Both the position numbers and the translations under genes were made by a program. Below are positions 49,362 through 58,404 of a DNA stretch of 64,000 bases, piece by piece. The notes under the pieces were generated by a model that saw only the letters and a list, made by a program, of their open reading frames with translations, had not been told where the DNA came from and searched no databases. Numbering within the stretch: the stretch's first letter is position 1; every line of letters begins with the position of its first letter. The DNA is from an uncultured bacterium (GTDB taxonomy: Bacteria > Patescibacteriota > Minisyncoccia > Phycocordibacterales > CAIZLB01), in the NCBI GenBank assembly GCA_903864515.1, contig CAIPFZ010000018.1, positions 17,290-81,289 of the forward strand. Direction: 5' to 3'.

Positions 49362-49616
49362 ATGTTCACCGTCTACATTCTAGAATGTTCGGATAAAACC
49401 CTATATGTTGGCTGTACTAATGATCTTGAAAAAAGACTCAATCAGCACAATAATTTAAAATCTGGTGCTCACTATACAAAAATAAGAAGGCCGGTTTTTT
49501 TGAAATATTCTGAAAATTTTGAAACCCTACTTGAGGCCAGAGGGAGGGAGGCTGAGATAAAGAGATTTACAAAAGCGAAGAAGTTGGAACTAATCAATTC
49601 TTCCATCGAACACTAA
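49362..49616 (+). CDS. Small GIY-YIG nuclease (UPF0213/YhbQ-like)
   Basis: VYILECSDKTLYVGCTNDLEKRL..H, GAHYT, AR.RE..IK. Confidence 0.9.
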   Translation: MFTVYILECSDKTLYVGCTNDLEKRLNQHNNLKSGAHYTKIRRPVFLKYSENFETLLEARGREAEIKRFTKAKKLELINSSIEH

Positions 49617-49667
49617 TCTCTTTGGCGAGTAACTTATTTTAATAATTTGTAGTACAATAATGGAATT

Positions 49668-50267
49668 ATGGATCCTGTAGTGCTTTTAAATCATATTCTT
49701 GGTTTTGCTTCGTACTTTAGATACCCCCTGGTTGCTGTTGGAACTATTTTTGAGGGGCCTATCATAATGATTGCCGCGGGATTTCTGTACAGGACTGGTT
49801 TCTTTGAGTTAGTCCCTCTTTTTATAGCCATAGTAATTGGAGATTTGATTGGGGATGTAATATGGTATGTTGCTGGAAGATATTTTGCGCATCCAATTTT
49901 GAGTAAAAAAGGAAAGTTTGTTGGAATAACTCCAGAGCGATTTGAAAAGATTAATGATTTGTTTTCAAGATATCATGAGAGAATACTTATATTTTCTAAG
50001 TTAACGCTTGGTTTAGGTTTTGCGGTTGGTGTCTTGGTTGCGGCGGGAATGGCAAAGGTGTCCTTTAAAAGATATATGATTATAAATATAATAGGAGAAT
50101 TTTTCCTTGTCTCAGCTTTGATGTCCATTGGATATTTCTTCGGGCAAGTTTATTTGAATATTTCCAGCAATCTAAAAATAGGCTTTTTGATTACCGTTGC
50201 GGTTGTTATTTTAACCGCCTTCTATCTTTTCTCTCGCTATATAAACAAGAAAAGTAAGGAGCTATAA
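49668..50267 (+). CDS. DedA family membrane protein
   Basis: EGP..MIAAG, GDLIGD..WY..GR motifs. Confidence 0.88.
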   Translation: MDPVVLLNHILGFASYFRYPLVAVGTIFEGPIIMIAAGFLYRTGFFELVPLFIAIVIGDLIGDVIWYVAGRYFAHPILSKKGKFVGITPERFEKINDLFSRYHERILIFSKLTLGLGFAVGVLVAAGMAKVSFKRYMIINIIGEFFLVSALMSIGYFFGQVYLNISSNLKIGFLITVAVVILTAFYLFSRYINKKSKEL

Positions 50268-50300
50268 AGTAAGTCAAAGTAATTTATAATACAAAATAAG

Positions 50301-51014
50301 ATGCTATCTTTCATTATTCCAACATTAAACGAAGAAAAAACAATTGAGAACACCCTTAAATCAATTAATTCTTTTGTGGGTGATAAGGAAATAATAATAT
50401 CGGATGGTAAAAGTAGGGATAAAACAATTGAGATTGCTAAAAAGTATACTGATAAAATTATAGTTCACGATGGTTTAACTAGACAAAATATTGCTCAAGG
50501 TAGAAATGCTGGAGCAAGAGAATCTATTGGAGAATATATTATATTTATTGATGCTGATGTAATCATTCCTGATATAAATGGTTTTATAAAAAAAGCCGAG
50601 GGATATTTTAAGTCAGACAAGAATTTGGTTGCAATAACGGCGGGGTGTGTTGTTTTGAAGGATGTGGCAAATATTTGGGATATTATAATATTCAAGATTT
50701 TGGCATGGTACTTTTCTTTTCTTAATTATATTGGTTTTGGTGCTGCTGGGGGAGAGTTTCAAATGATTAAAAGAGACGCCTTTCTAAAGGTTAAGGGTTT
50801 TGATGAAGATATTGCTGTTAGTGAAGATATGGATTTGTTTTGGCGATTAGCAAAAATTGGTAAAACTAAACTACCTTTAGGTTTTAATGTTTATCATACT
50901 GGTAGAAGGGCTCATAAAATTGGTTGGCCGAGATTGCTGTGGCAATGGATTTCAAACACTATTACGGTTTTTTTCTTTAAAAGATCAGATGGGGAATGGA
51001 AGGAAATTAGATAG
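50301..51014 (+). CDS. Glycosyltransferase family 2
   Basis: IIPTLNEE, DGKSRD, RNAGA, FIDAD, SEDMD. Confidence 0.92.
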   Translation: MLSFIIPTLNEEKTIENTLKSINSFVGDKEIIISDGKSRDKTIEIAKKYTDKIIVHDGLTRQNIAQGRNAGARESIGEYIIFIDADVIIPDINGFIKKAEGYFKSDKNLVAITAGCVVLKDVANIWDIIIFKILAWYFSFLNYIGFGAAGGEFQMIKRDAFLKVKGFDEDIAVSEDMDLFWRLAKIGKTKLPLGFNVYHTGRRAHKIGWPRLLWQWISNTITVFFFKRSDGEWKEIR

Positions 51015-51070
51015 TTCTATATGTTTGTGTATAATATGTGTATTAATATTGATAGAAATAATAAATAAAA

Positions 51071-52474
51071 ATGAGAGATTTAAAATTGTTTCCTGAACCT
51101 GTATCGCTAAGAAAATTAATTGGTCCAAGCTTTGTCATCCTTGCATTAGGGCTTGGTTCTGGGGAAGTTATACTGTGGCCTTATTTGGCAGCAAACTATG
51201 GTTTGGGTATTGCTTGGGGAGCAATTCTTGGAATCACATTTCAATACTTCTTAAATATGGAAATTGAGAGGTATGCTCTAGTTAAGGGAGAGAGTGTTTT
51301 TGTTGGTATTCATAAAATATTTAAACCAGCAGTCTATTGGTTTATTATTTCAACCTTCATAGGATTTGGACTTCCGGGAATTGTTGCTGCGTCAGCCCAG
51401 GTAATATCTACTGTTTTAGGGATAGAGAGTTTTAAGTGGGTTGCTATGATCTTGTTGCTTGTAATAGGTCTGATTCTAAGTACGGGAAAAACGGTATATG
51501 GAATGATGGAGACTCTCACAAAAATAATTCTAGGTGTTGCTGTGCCATTCTTGTTTCTACTTGCGATTTTTATAAGTACACAGACGGATTGGATTGCGTT
51601 GATGAACGGTTTGATTGGAAAGGGGGATGGATTTTGGTTTTTGCCAACCGGAATAAGTATGGCAACATTCTTGGCTGCGTTTGCCTACTCTGGAGCGGGA
51701 GGTAATTTAAATTTAACTCAGTCAATTTATATAAAGGAAAAAGGATATGGAATGGGTGTTTATTCTCAAAAGATTGCAAGCCTCTTCTCCAAGCATAAGG
51801 AGACTGAAATTGTTCTAGATGGAACTGATTGTGCAGCAACAGTTGAAGACGTAAGTCGCTTCAAAAAATGGTGGAAGTTAATCAGTATTGAACATGCTTT
51901 TGTGTTTTGGTTTCTAGGTCTTATTTCTATGATGTTTTTGATGATTCTCTCTTATGCCACAACACATGGTCTTGCGGGTAATGCACAAGGAATTAGTTTT
52001 GTAATTAAGGAGGGTTTGATTATTGGTCAAACAACGTATCCAATTATAGGAACACTGTTTTTGATTGCGGTGTCTGTAATGTTGTTTCAAACACAATTGG
52101 GAATTATGGATTCAACGTCTCGTATTATGGCAGAGAACTTAGCGATTAAAAAATTGCGTGGTAAAAAAGATGGAAAGATTAATCTATCAAAACTATATTA
52201 TTCATTTGTCTGGGCACAAATAGCTTTTGGAATAATATTATTCATATTTAATATATATGAGCCAAAGACATTAATAATACTAGGGGCTGTAATTAATGCC
52301 TTTGCGATGTTTGTGCATCTAGCTCTAGTTTTCTGGCTAAATCACTCTGTTTTACCAAAGGTCTTTCGTCCAAGTTGGCCAAGAAAAATAATTATAGGAA
52401 TAATTTTTGCTTTCTTTGGAATATTTAGTTTCTTTGTCTTATGGAGTAATGTTCTTAAAAACTGGTTTTTCTAA
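51071..52474 (+). CDS. Nramp-like / APC superfamily transporter
   Basis: GPSFVILALGLGSGE motif and about 11 TMs. Confidence 0.75.
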   Translation: MRDLKLFPEPVSLRKLIGPSFVILALGLGSGEVILWPYLAANYGLGIAWGAILGITFQYFLNMEIERYALVKGESVFVGIHKIFKPAVYWFIISTFIGFGLPGIVAASAQVISTVLGIESFKWVAMILLLVIGLILSTGKTVYGMMETLTKIILGVAVPFLFLLAIFISTQTDWIALMNGLIGKGDGFWFLPTGISMATFLAAFAYSGAGGNLNLTQSIYIKEKGYGMGVYSQKIASLFSKHKETEIVLDGTDCAATVEDVSRFKKWWKLISIEHAFVFWFLGLISMMFLMILSYATTHGLAGNAQGISFVIKEGLIIGQTTYPIIGTLFLIAVSVMLFQTQLGIMDSTSRIMAENLAIKKLRGKKDGKINLSKLYYSFVWAQIAFGIILFIFNIYEPKTLIILGAVINAFAMFVHLALVFWLNHSVLPKVFRPSWPRKIIIGIIFAFFGIFSFFVLWSNVLKNWFF

Positions 52475-53604
52475 ATGGAGGGTGTTGTAGATGTTGCAGA
52501 GCTTGCTGTTGATGTTGCTGGCATTGTGGTTGTTGTTGCAAAACTCAAGAACTCTTGAATTGTCATTTTCTCTGTAAAGATATCATTTGCATTATCTACG
52601 CCAATGTATCTAAAATGCCATGGTTCATAAATGTAGCCCGTCTCCTTTTGTTTTTTATCAGGATAGCTCATTATAAAACCGTATTTATAACTATTCTTGG
52701 CCATCCATTTTCCTTCCTTGCTGTATGCAAATTTTGGACTAACTCCAGCGTAGTGAATGCTTTTTCCTGTTACGTCTATTGTTGTTCCAAGTTGATGTTC
52801 AGAGTGTCCAGCTTCTGCAATTCCAGATTTAGCTGAGGGTCCGCTCTTGTTTATCCACATTGAATATAAAAATTTTTGCATATCCGCACTTCTATATGAA
52901 GACGTGATTGCAATATCTAGATTCTCCTCTTTTGCGTCGGATATCATTTCATTTAAATGTCTTGTAATTCTATTTGAGACACACATAACTCCAATAGTTT
53001 TGATATCTTTTGAAACCCTAACCAAATCCTGAGGAATATAATCAAGTGGAACTGCTGTTGATCTGTTTAAGTTTTCAAATACCTTGTCAAAATCACTTTT
53101 TATTAAATCATTTTCTTCAATTATCCTAACTGATGTTGGACAAAGTTCTTTAAACATAAGATCGTTTATCGCCATTTTGGTTGATGAATCTAACTCTCCG
53201 GTTACAGGAAGACTTAACTTGGTCTGTACTATTTTTAGGTTCTTTTGAGTATTTGGTCCAAAATATCCTGTGGTTGAATTTTTTGTCTTGTCAACTGTTA
53301 AGGATTTTAAGATGATTTGTAGGACCTTAACATCATTACCCTTAGACCCTAGCTTTAATATTCTGTTGAACTCTCCATTCTCTTGCCAAACCTTTACTGC
53401 ATTTATGGATACAATAGATGATGAGCTTTTGTTTAATACGCTGGCAGCGGTACTACTTGCGTTTAGTATGTATATTTCTGGGGAGTAGGGTGTTGTTATT
53501 GCATAAAGTGGTTTGGAATCAAATACCTGACTTGAAAGGGTGAGATAAACTAACAGGAGACTGATTCTAATCACTATTCTTGATTTGGGGATATCTAAGG
53601 TCAT
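52471..53604 (-). CDS. VanY-like M15 D,D-carboxypeptidase with peptidoglycan-binding domain
   Basis: LGSKGNDVKVLQ...TGYFGPNT PG-binding repeat; SYRS, SEHQLGTTID, YEPWH. Confidence 0.92.
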   Translation of the reverse strand: MTLDIPKSRIVIRISLLLVYLTLSSQVFDSKPLYAITTPYSPEIYILNASSTAASVLNKSSSSIVSINAVKVWQENGEFNRILKLGSKGNDVKVLQIILKSLTVDKTKNSTTGYFGPNTQKNLKIVQTKLSLPVTGELDSSTKMAINDLMFKELCPTSVRIIEENDLIKSDFDKVFENLNRSTAVPLDYIPQDLVRVSKDIKTIGVMCVSNRITRHLNEMISDAKEENLDIAITSSYRSADMQKFLYSMWINKSGPSAKSGIAEAGHSEHQLGTTIDVTGKSIHYAGVSPKFAYSKEGKWMAKNSYKYGFIMSYPDKKQKETGYIYEPWHFRYIGVDNANDIFTEKMTIQEFLSFATTTTMPATSTASSATSTTPSI

Positions 53605-53637
53605 GTTATTATATTTAGGTAGTATACTATATGTATC

Positions 53638-54006
53638 ATGAATTTTGCTAACAAAAAACCAAATCATTTATTTAAATCATTTACTTACGCTTGGAAGGGG
53701 ATTAAACACGTGTTTAAGAACGAAAGAAACTTTAGGATACACATTATAATATCAGTACTTGTATTGTTTTTTGCTGTATATTTTAGAATAGAGGCAATTG
53801 AAATCGCTATTCTAATAATTTCAATATCAATGGTGTTGGTGGCTGAAATGATAAATAGCGCAATTGAATATACTTGGGATAAACTGGAGCCTAATCATCA
53901 TCCTGTTGTTGGGGTTATAAAAGATACTATGGCGGGATCTGTATTGTTAACATCCTTCGCTGCGGTTGTGGTGGGACTAATCATTATATTTAGAAATTTA
54001 ATTTAG
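53638..54006 (+). CDS. dgkA: DgkA family kinase (probable undecaprenol kinase)
   Basis: SF.YAWKGI...ERNFRIH, EMINSAIE, KDTMAG. Confidence 0.88.
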   Translation: MNFANKKPNHLFKSFTYAWKGIKHVFKNERNFRIHIIISVLVLFFAVYFRIEAIEIAILIISISMVLVAEMINSAIEYTWDKLEPNHHPVVGVIKDTMAGSVLLTSFAAVVVGLIIIFRNLI

Positions 54007-54023
54007 TCATAAGATAAACAGCA

Positions 54024-54590
54024 ATGAATTCACCACTACTTTTATGGGCAGGTAAGATAGATTTAAATATAATTGATTTCATTACAACATCTGTTACTCC
54101 ATTTGGAGTGAGGTTATCTTTGTTTTTAAGTAATCTTGGTAGCCCACAGTCCTTCTTGTTGTTATTGATTGCTTCCGCTATGATTTTCTGGCTATTCAAA
54201 AAGCCATACTCATTAATTCAGTTTTTTGTAACACTAGGTGCAGGAATGTTGTCTGTTTATTTATTAAAGATTTTAATTGCTAGACCAAGGCCAATAGGGG
54301 CGCTTTTTGATATTGGTGGATATTCATTTCCAAGTGGACACGCAACAATTGCAACAATCTTCTCTGCTTTAATTATTTTTGCATATAAAAATCATATTAA
54401 GAATATATTCCTGAGGTCAATTTTTGTATTGGTCCTGTCTATTTTGGCCCTAGCTGTATCATTTAGCAGGGTCTATTTATCAGTTCATTACTTAAGTGAT
54501 GTTGTTGTAGGTATTTTGCTTGGCTTATTGATATCATCTTTGTCCGTATTTATATTTGAGAACTTATTCAAAAGGGAGGAGTTAATATAG
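54024..54590 (+). CDS. PAP2 family phosphatase (BcrC-like)
   Basis: K...ARPRP, SFPSGHA, SRVYLSVHYLSDV. Confidence 0.92.
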   Translation: MNSPLLLWAGKIDLNIIDFITTSVTPFGVRLSLFLSNLGSPQSFLLLLIASAMIFWLFKKPYSLIQFFVTLGAGMLSVYLLKILIARPRPIGALFDIGGYSFPSGHATIATIFSALIIFAYKNHIKNIFLRSIFVLVLSILALAVSFSRVYLSVHYLSDVVVGILLGLLISSLSVFIFENLFKREELI

Positions 54591-54649
54591 ATCAGCGGAT
54601 TCTGCTGTTTATTTTACTAAATCACCCACTGGGTGATACAATGATTTTT

Positions 54650-55465
54650 ATGAATATATTTCACGCAATAATTTTAGGTATAGTTGAGGGAATTACTGAG
54701 TTTTTGCCAATATCATCAACCGGACACATGATATTAACCTCAAAAGTATTAGGGATACAAGAGACTGATTTTTTAAAGACATTTGAGATAGTTATTCAAT
54801 TAGGGGCAATACTTGCTGTTGTTGCTCTGTATTTTAAGAGATTAATAACCTCAATGGATACTATTAAAAAGGTAATTGTAGCCTTTATACCAACGGCTAT
54901 TATAGGATTGATATTTCACGATTTAGTAAAAGCATATTTACTTGGAAGTACATTGGTCGTCTCTATATCTTTGATTGTAGGAGGAATCATAATTATTTGG
55001 TTTGAAAAAACAAATCAGAAGAAGCAATTATCTCAGGCGCAAACAGCTGTTGGGGGAGAGGTTGGGAAGAGTTTGAATATTGATATTAGTTATATGCAAT
55101 CAATTAAGATTGGTTTTTATCAGTCAATCGCTATGATTCCTGGAGTCTCAAGATCTGCTGCAACAATAATTGGCGGTCAAATCTCAGGTCTGTCTAGAAT
55201 AGCCATTGTTGAATTTTCTTTTCTTTTGGCAATACCTACCATGTTTGCAGCATCCTTTCTGGATTTATATAAGGGGGTAGGGCACATTGGATCAAATGAA
55301 GTAATGCTTTTGGTGGTGGGTTTTGTTACAGCGTTTATTGTGGCATTCATAGCAATTAAGAGTTTCATAAACTATATTCAAAAACATAGCTTTATAGGCT
55401 TTGCTGTTTATAGAATTATAGTTGGTGTTTTGTTCCTGATTTTGCTAGCTTTCTCTGTTTTGTAA
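54650..55465 (+). CDS. uppP: Undecaprenyl-diphosphatase UppP/BacA
   Basis: GIVEGITEFLPISSTGH, PGVSRS, EFSFLLAIP. Confidence 0.96.
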   Translation: MNIFHAIILGIVEGITEFLPISSTGHMILTSKVLGIQETDFLKTFEIVIQLGAILAVVALYFKRLITSMDTIKKVIVAFIPTAIIGLIFHDLVKAYLLGSTLVVSISLIVGGIIIIWFEKTNQKKQLSQAQTAVGGEVGKSLNIDISYMQSIKIGFYQSIAMIPGVSRSAATIIGGQISGLSRIAIVEFSFLLAIPTMFAASFLDLYKGVGHIGSNEVMLLVVGFVTAFIVAFIAIKSFINYIQKHSFIGFAVYRIIVGVLFLILLAFSVL

Positions 55466-55501
55466 TTTTTACTTAGTGTGGCTGGTGTAATAAAAAGTTA
55501 T

Positions 55502-55520
55502 CCCCACCCCACCCATCCCC
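55502..55520 (-). other. G-quadruplex-forming motif
   Basis: Minus strand reads GGGG-AT-GGG-T-GGGG-T-GGGG. Confidence 0.6.
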
Positions 55521-55600
55521 AAATCCACTCACTATGTTAAAATTAAACCACGCCCACTCTGGTGTGGTTTAATTTAATAATCAAAAAATCAAATAATTAT

Positions 55601-57511
55601 ATGAGTAGATTAACAATAGAAGGTAAGGTGGGGATTGCTGTAGTAGCGGTTCTCACAATAGCCTTCTCTATTTTTTTAACAAACAACGCTCAAGCACAAG
55701 CAAGTAGGACGGGTAGACCAGATGTTGTAATACAAACAACAGTAGCAACATCAACTGATTTCTCTAAATCATCTGTATACATAACAGGAGCCTCAGGAAG
55801 AGACTACATCACTCCGTTTGCTGGATTTGGCGTCTCCATGCTTCCTGACTCCTGCTACGCATATAACAACATAAGTGCTGATATACAGAAGATAACATAC
55901 GTATTAAGTACACAGATAAAGGAAATGGTTGATCTGTATAGCTCTAACTCATGTAATACACAAACCACACTCTCTCCAACATGCACCAGCTACCTAGACT
56001 CAATAAATAACCTAACTCTGACCTATGCAACATACCAAGTAGAGGGTCTAAAGCAAGCAAGTGAGAAGACAAGACTATGTAATACTGACAACACAAGAAA
56101 GACTGGAGTATCTCCAAGAACATACTATGGAATAGATGTTGTTGCGCTAACATATGCATCAGTAAGAGACGCATATGTAAACAAGAGTTATAGAAGTCAT
56201 ACTACACTTCTAAATAATGTGAACAGTAACCTGACAAGCAAGATGAATGTTGCCATAAGGTCTGATAAGTTCACTGATAAAGTTACATCATCTTCAACAC
56301 TACGTACTCTTGCATATAACACATTCAAGAATCCATCACAGACACCTGAACCAAGATCAAGAGTACTCCCAGCTACACCAAGTACATCACTGAGTGTTCC
56401 AAATGCATTCCTATTCTTTGGACAAACAGATAATGTAACAAACAGGCAAATTGCTGCTATTCCATTTAATTCACTACAAGAATATGTAAATGCATACAAC
56501 GCCAACAAGACAAGATTTGCTGATATATACAACCCAATCAACAGAACACTAATTGACCAAGGTGAGAATGTACTCATGAATATTAACAGGAAGATTGAAC
56601 TAAGACTTCCACCAAGAGAGGTACTACCAGAACCTGTTGCTGTTGCAACAACATCAACTGACCAAGTACTGCCTGCTACACAGAAGGCAAGCGTGATTAA
56701 CTCTATTGGTAACTGGTTTGGTGGTATATGGAGCGCTATAGCTGACTTCTTTGGTTATATGTTCTGGGGGGAGAAGGCGGAGGCGGCACCTAGAGCTGGA
56801 AAGGATTCTCGTCTCCTTGTTGGTCCGAGTGGAAGTGGAGCAAGCGGAAGTGGGGAGAGTTTTGATGAGAAGATGTATAAACAGCTATGTCCCGCATTGC
56901 CTAATCCGGTGCCGAAGCAGAAGTTGGTGGCGGTGCCTAGTGATAATAAAGAAGAGGAGGAAGTATTCTTTAAAAATCTTCTTGTGAAGAGTCCCGGTAT
57001 CAAGCAGGCAACAGAATATGTTACAGGTGAACACTTTGGAACACCGACCCTTGGCGATGCAGAGATTGAACATATAATAAATAAAAGTTATTTCGATCAC
57101 AACACATCTTCATTCAGTGGTCGTATTACCGGAAGTGAAACTCCACCTAAGAAGCCAGAGGACGTAAGGAAAGAAATTGAAGATAGGACTAAGGAGCCTT
57201 ACACTTACGGTAGTGGTCCGATGGTAGTAGACCTATCAAAACCTACTAATCCATATAATTGTTTAAGAGATTTTGATACGCATGAAACTGTTGACTGGAG
57301 TCAATACTTTCACCCTATGTCGTCTTCATTCTATGATTCACTTAAAATTACAGTGAGGGCTGTTGTTGCAGGAACCGAGCAAATAGCTACCGAGACATTT
57401 AGCACAAAGAAAACTAGGGAAGCTGAAGTTCTTAATAATTTTGAAAGATATGAAACTTTGGCTACTAATTTACAGGTTGAGTTCGTTAATCGTGCTAACA
57501 AGAGGAAGTAG
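55601..57511 (+). CDS. Large exported hypothetical protein, apparently mosaic
   Basis: Signal peptide ending AQAQA; Cys-containing helical N-domain; internal amphipathic/hydrophobic segment near 56700-56790. Confidence 0.75.
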   Translation: MSRLTIEGKVGIAVVAVLTIAFSIFLTNNAQAQASRTGRPDVVIQTTVATSTDFSKSSVYITGASGRDYITPFAGFGVSMLPDSCYAYNNISADIQKITYVLSTQIKEMVDLYSSNSCNTQTTLSPTCTSYLDSINNLTLTYATYQVEGLKQASEKTRLCNTDNTRKTGVSPRTYYGIDVVALTYASVRDAYVNKSYRSHTTLLNNVNSNLTSKMNVAIRSDKFTDKVTSSSTLRTLAYNTFKNPSQTPEPRSRVLPATPSTSLSVPNAFLFFGQTDNVTNRQIAAIPFNSLQEYVNAYNANKTRFADIYNPINRTLIDQGENVLMNINRKIELRLPPREVLPEPVAVATTSTDQVLPATQKASVINSIGNWFGGIWSAIADFFGYMFWGEKAEAAPRAGKDSRLLVGPSGSGASGSGESFDEKMYKQLCPALPNPVPKQKLVAVPSDNKEEEEVFFKNLLVKSPGIKQATEYVTGEHFGTPTLGDAEIEHIINKSYFDHNTSSFSGRITGSETPPKKPEDVRKEIEDRTKEPYTYGSGPMVVDLSKPTNPYNCLRDFDTHETVDWSQYFHPMSSSFYDSLKITVRAVVAGTEQIATETFSTKKTREAEVLNNFERYETLATNLQVEFVNRANKRK

Positions 57512-57544
57512 GGGTATTAAAAGTAGAAATATGTAAGGTATATT

Positions 57545-57576
57545 CAAAAAGCGGACACGAAAGTGTCCGCTTTTTG
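57545..57576 (+). terminator. Intrinsic terminator
   Basis: caaaaagcggacac-gaaa-gtgtccgctttttg. Confidence 0.85.
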
Positions 57577-57658
57577 TGTGTACCACTCTCATAAGCAACC
57601 CCATATACACACCTCGCCCATCAATCATTTAACCCAAAATTGTGCTATACTTAGCTCT

Positions 57659-58390
57659 ATGAATAAAGAAAACAATTTTCAAATATTTAAGTCTAGTTTT
57701 GTGATAGGTATTGCAATACTTTTGTCAGCCATGGTTGGCGCATACTCTTTCTATAGCATAAAAGCCATGGATGATTCAGTTACCGTAACCGGCTCTGCTA
57801 GAAAGAGTGTAGTTTCAGATCAAGCAAAATGGTCAGTTAACTTTATGAGACCGGTTACCCTTGATACAGTAAAGGATGGATATACTAAAATGGATAGTGA
57901 CTTAAAAATAGTTACTGCATTCTTTATAAAAAATGGATTTACAGAAGCTGATTTGAAGATAACACCGGTTCTAATGAATGAAGTGTATGAAAATAATCCA
58001 AATTCTTCAGTTAAGAAATATAATTTGATTCAAACAATTAGCGTATCATCAGGTGATGTTAAGAAAATTGATTTAATGTCAAAGGGGGTAAGAGATTTGG
58101 TTTTGAGCGGAGTGGTTATTTCTCCTCAAAATCCTGAATATTATTTCTCAGGTCTACAAGATATAAAGGTTAGTTTATTACCTGAAGCATTAAAGGATGC
58201 AAAAGCAAGAGCAGATGCAATTGTTAAGCTCGCTGGAAGCTCTGTTGGAAAAATAAAATCAGCTGGTGCTGGTGTGGTTCAAGTTATGTCTTCAGGAACT
58301 AATGATGTCTCTGACTATGGATCATATGACACTTCAACAATAGAGAAGGATGTGATGGTTACAGTTAAAGCATCGTTTCAAATTAAATAA
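57659..58390 (+). CDS. SIMPL (DUF541) domain protein
   Basis: VTVTGSA...SD.A.W; EALKDAKARA..I....G..VG; ATG at 57659. Confidence 0.85.
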   Translation: MNKENNFQIFKSSFVIGIAILLSAMVGAYSFYSIKAMDDSVTVTGSARKSVVSDQAKWSVNFMRPVTLDTVKDGYTKMDSDLKIVTAFFIKNGFTEADLKITPVLMNEVYENNPNSSVKKYNLIQTISVSSGDVKKIDLMSKGVRDLVLSGVVISPQNPEYYFSGLQDIKVSLLPEALKDAKARADAIVKLAGSSVGKIKSAGAGVVQVMSSGTNDVSDYGSYDTSTIEKDVMVTVKASFQIK

Positions 58391-58404
58391 ATTTCAAATA
58401 AAAG

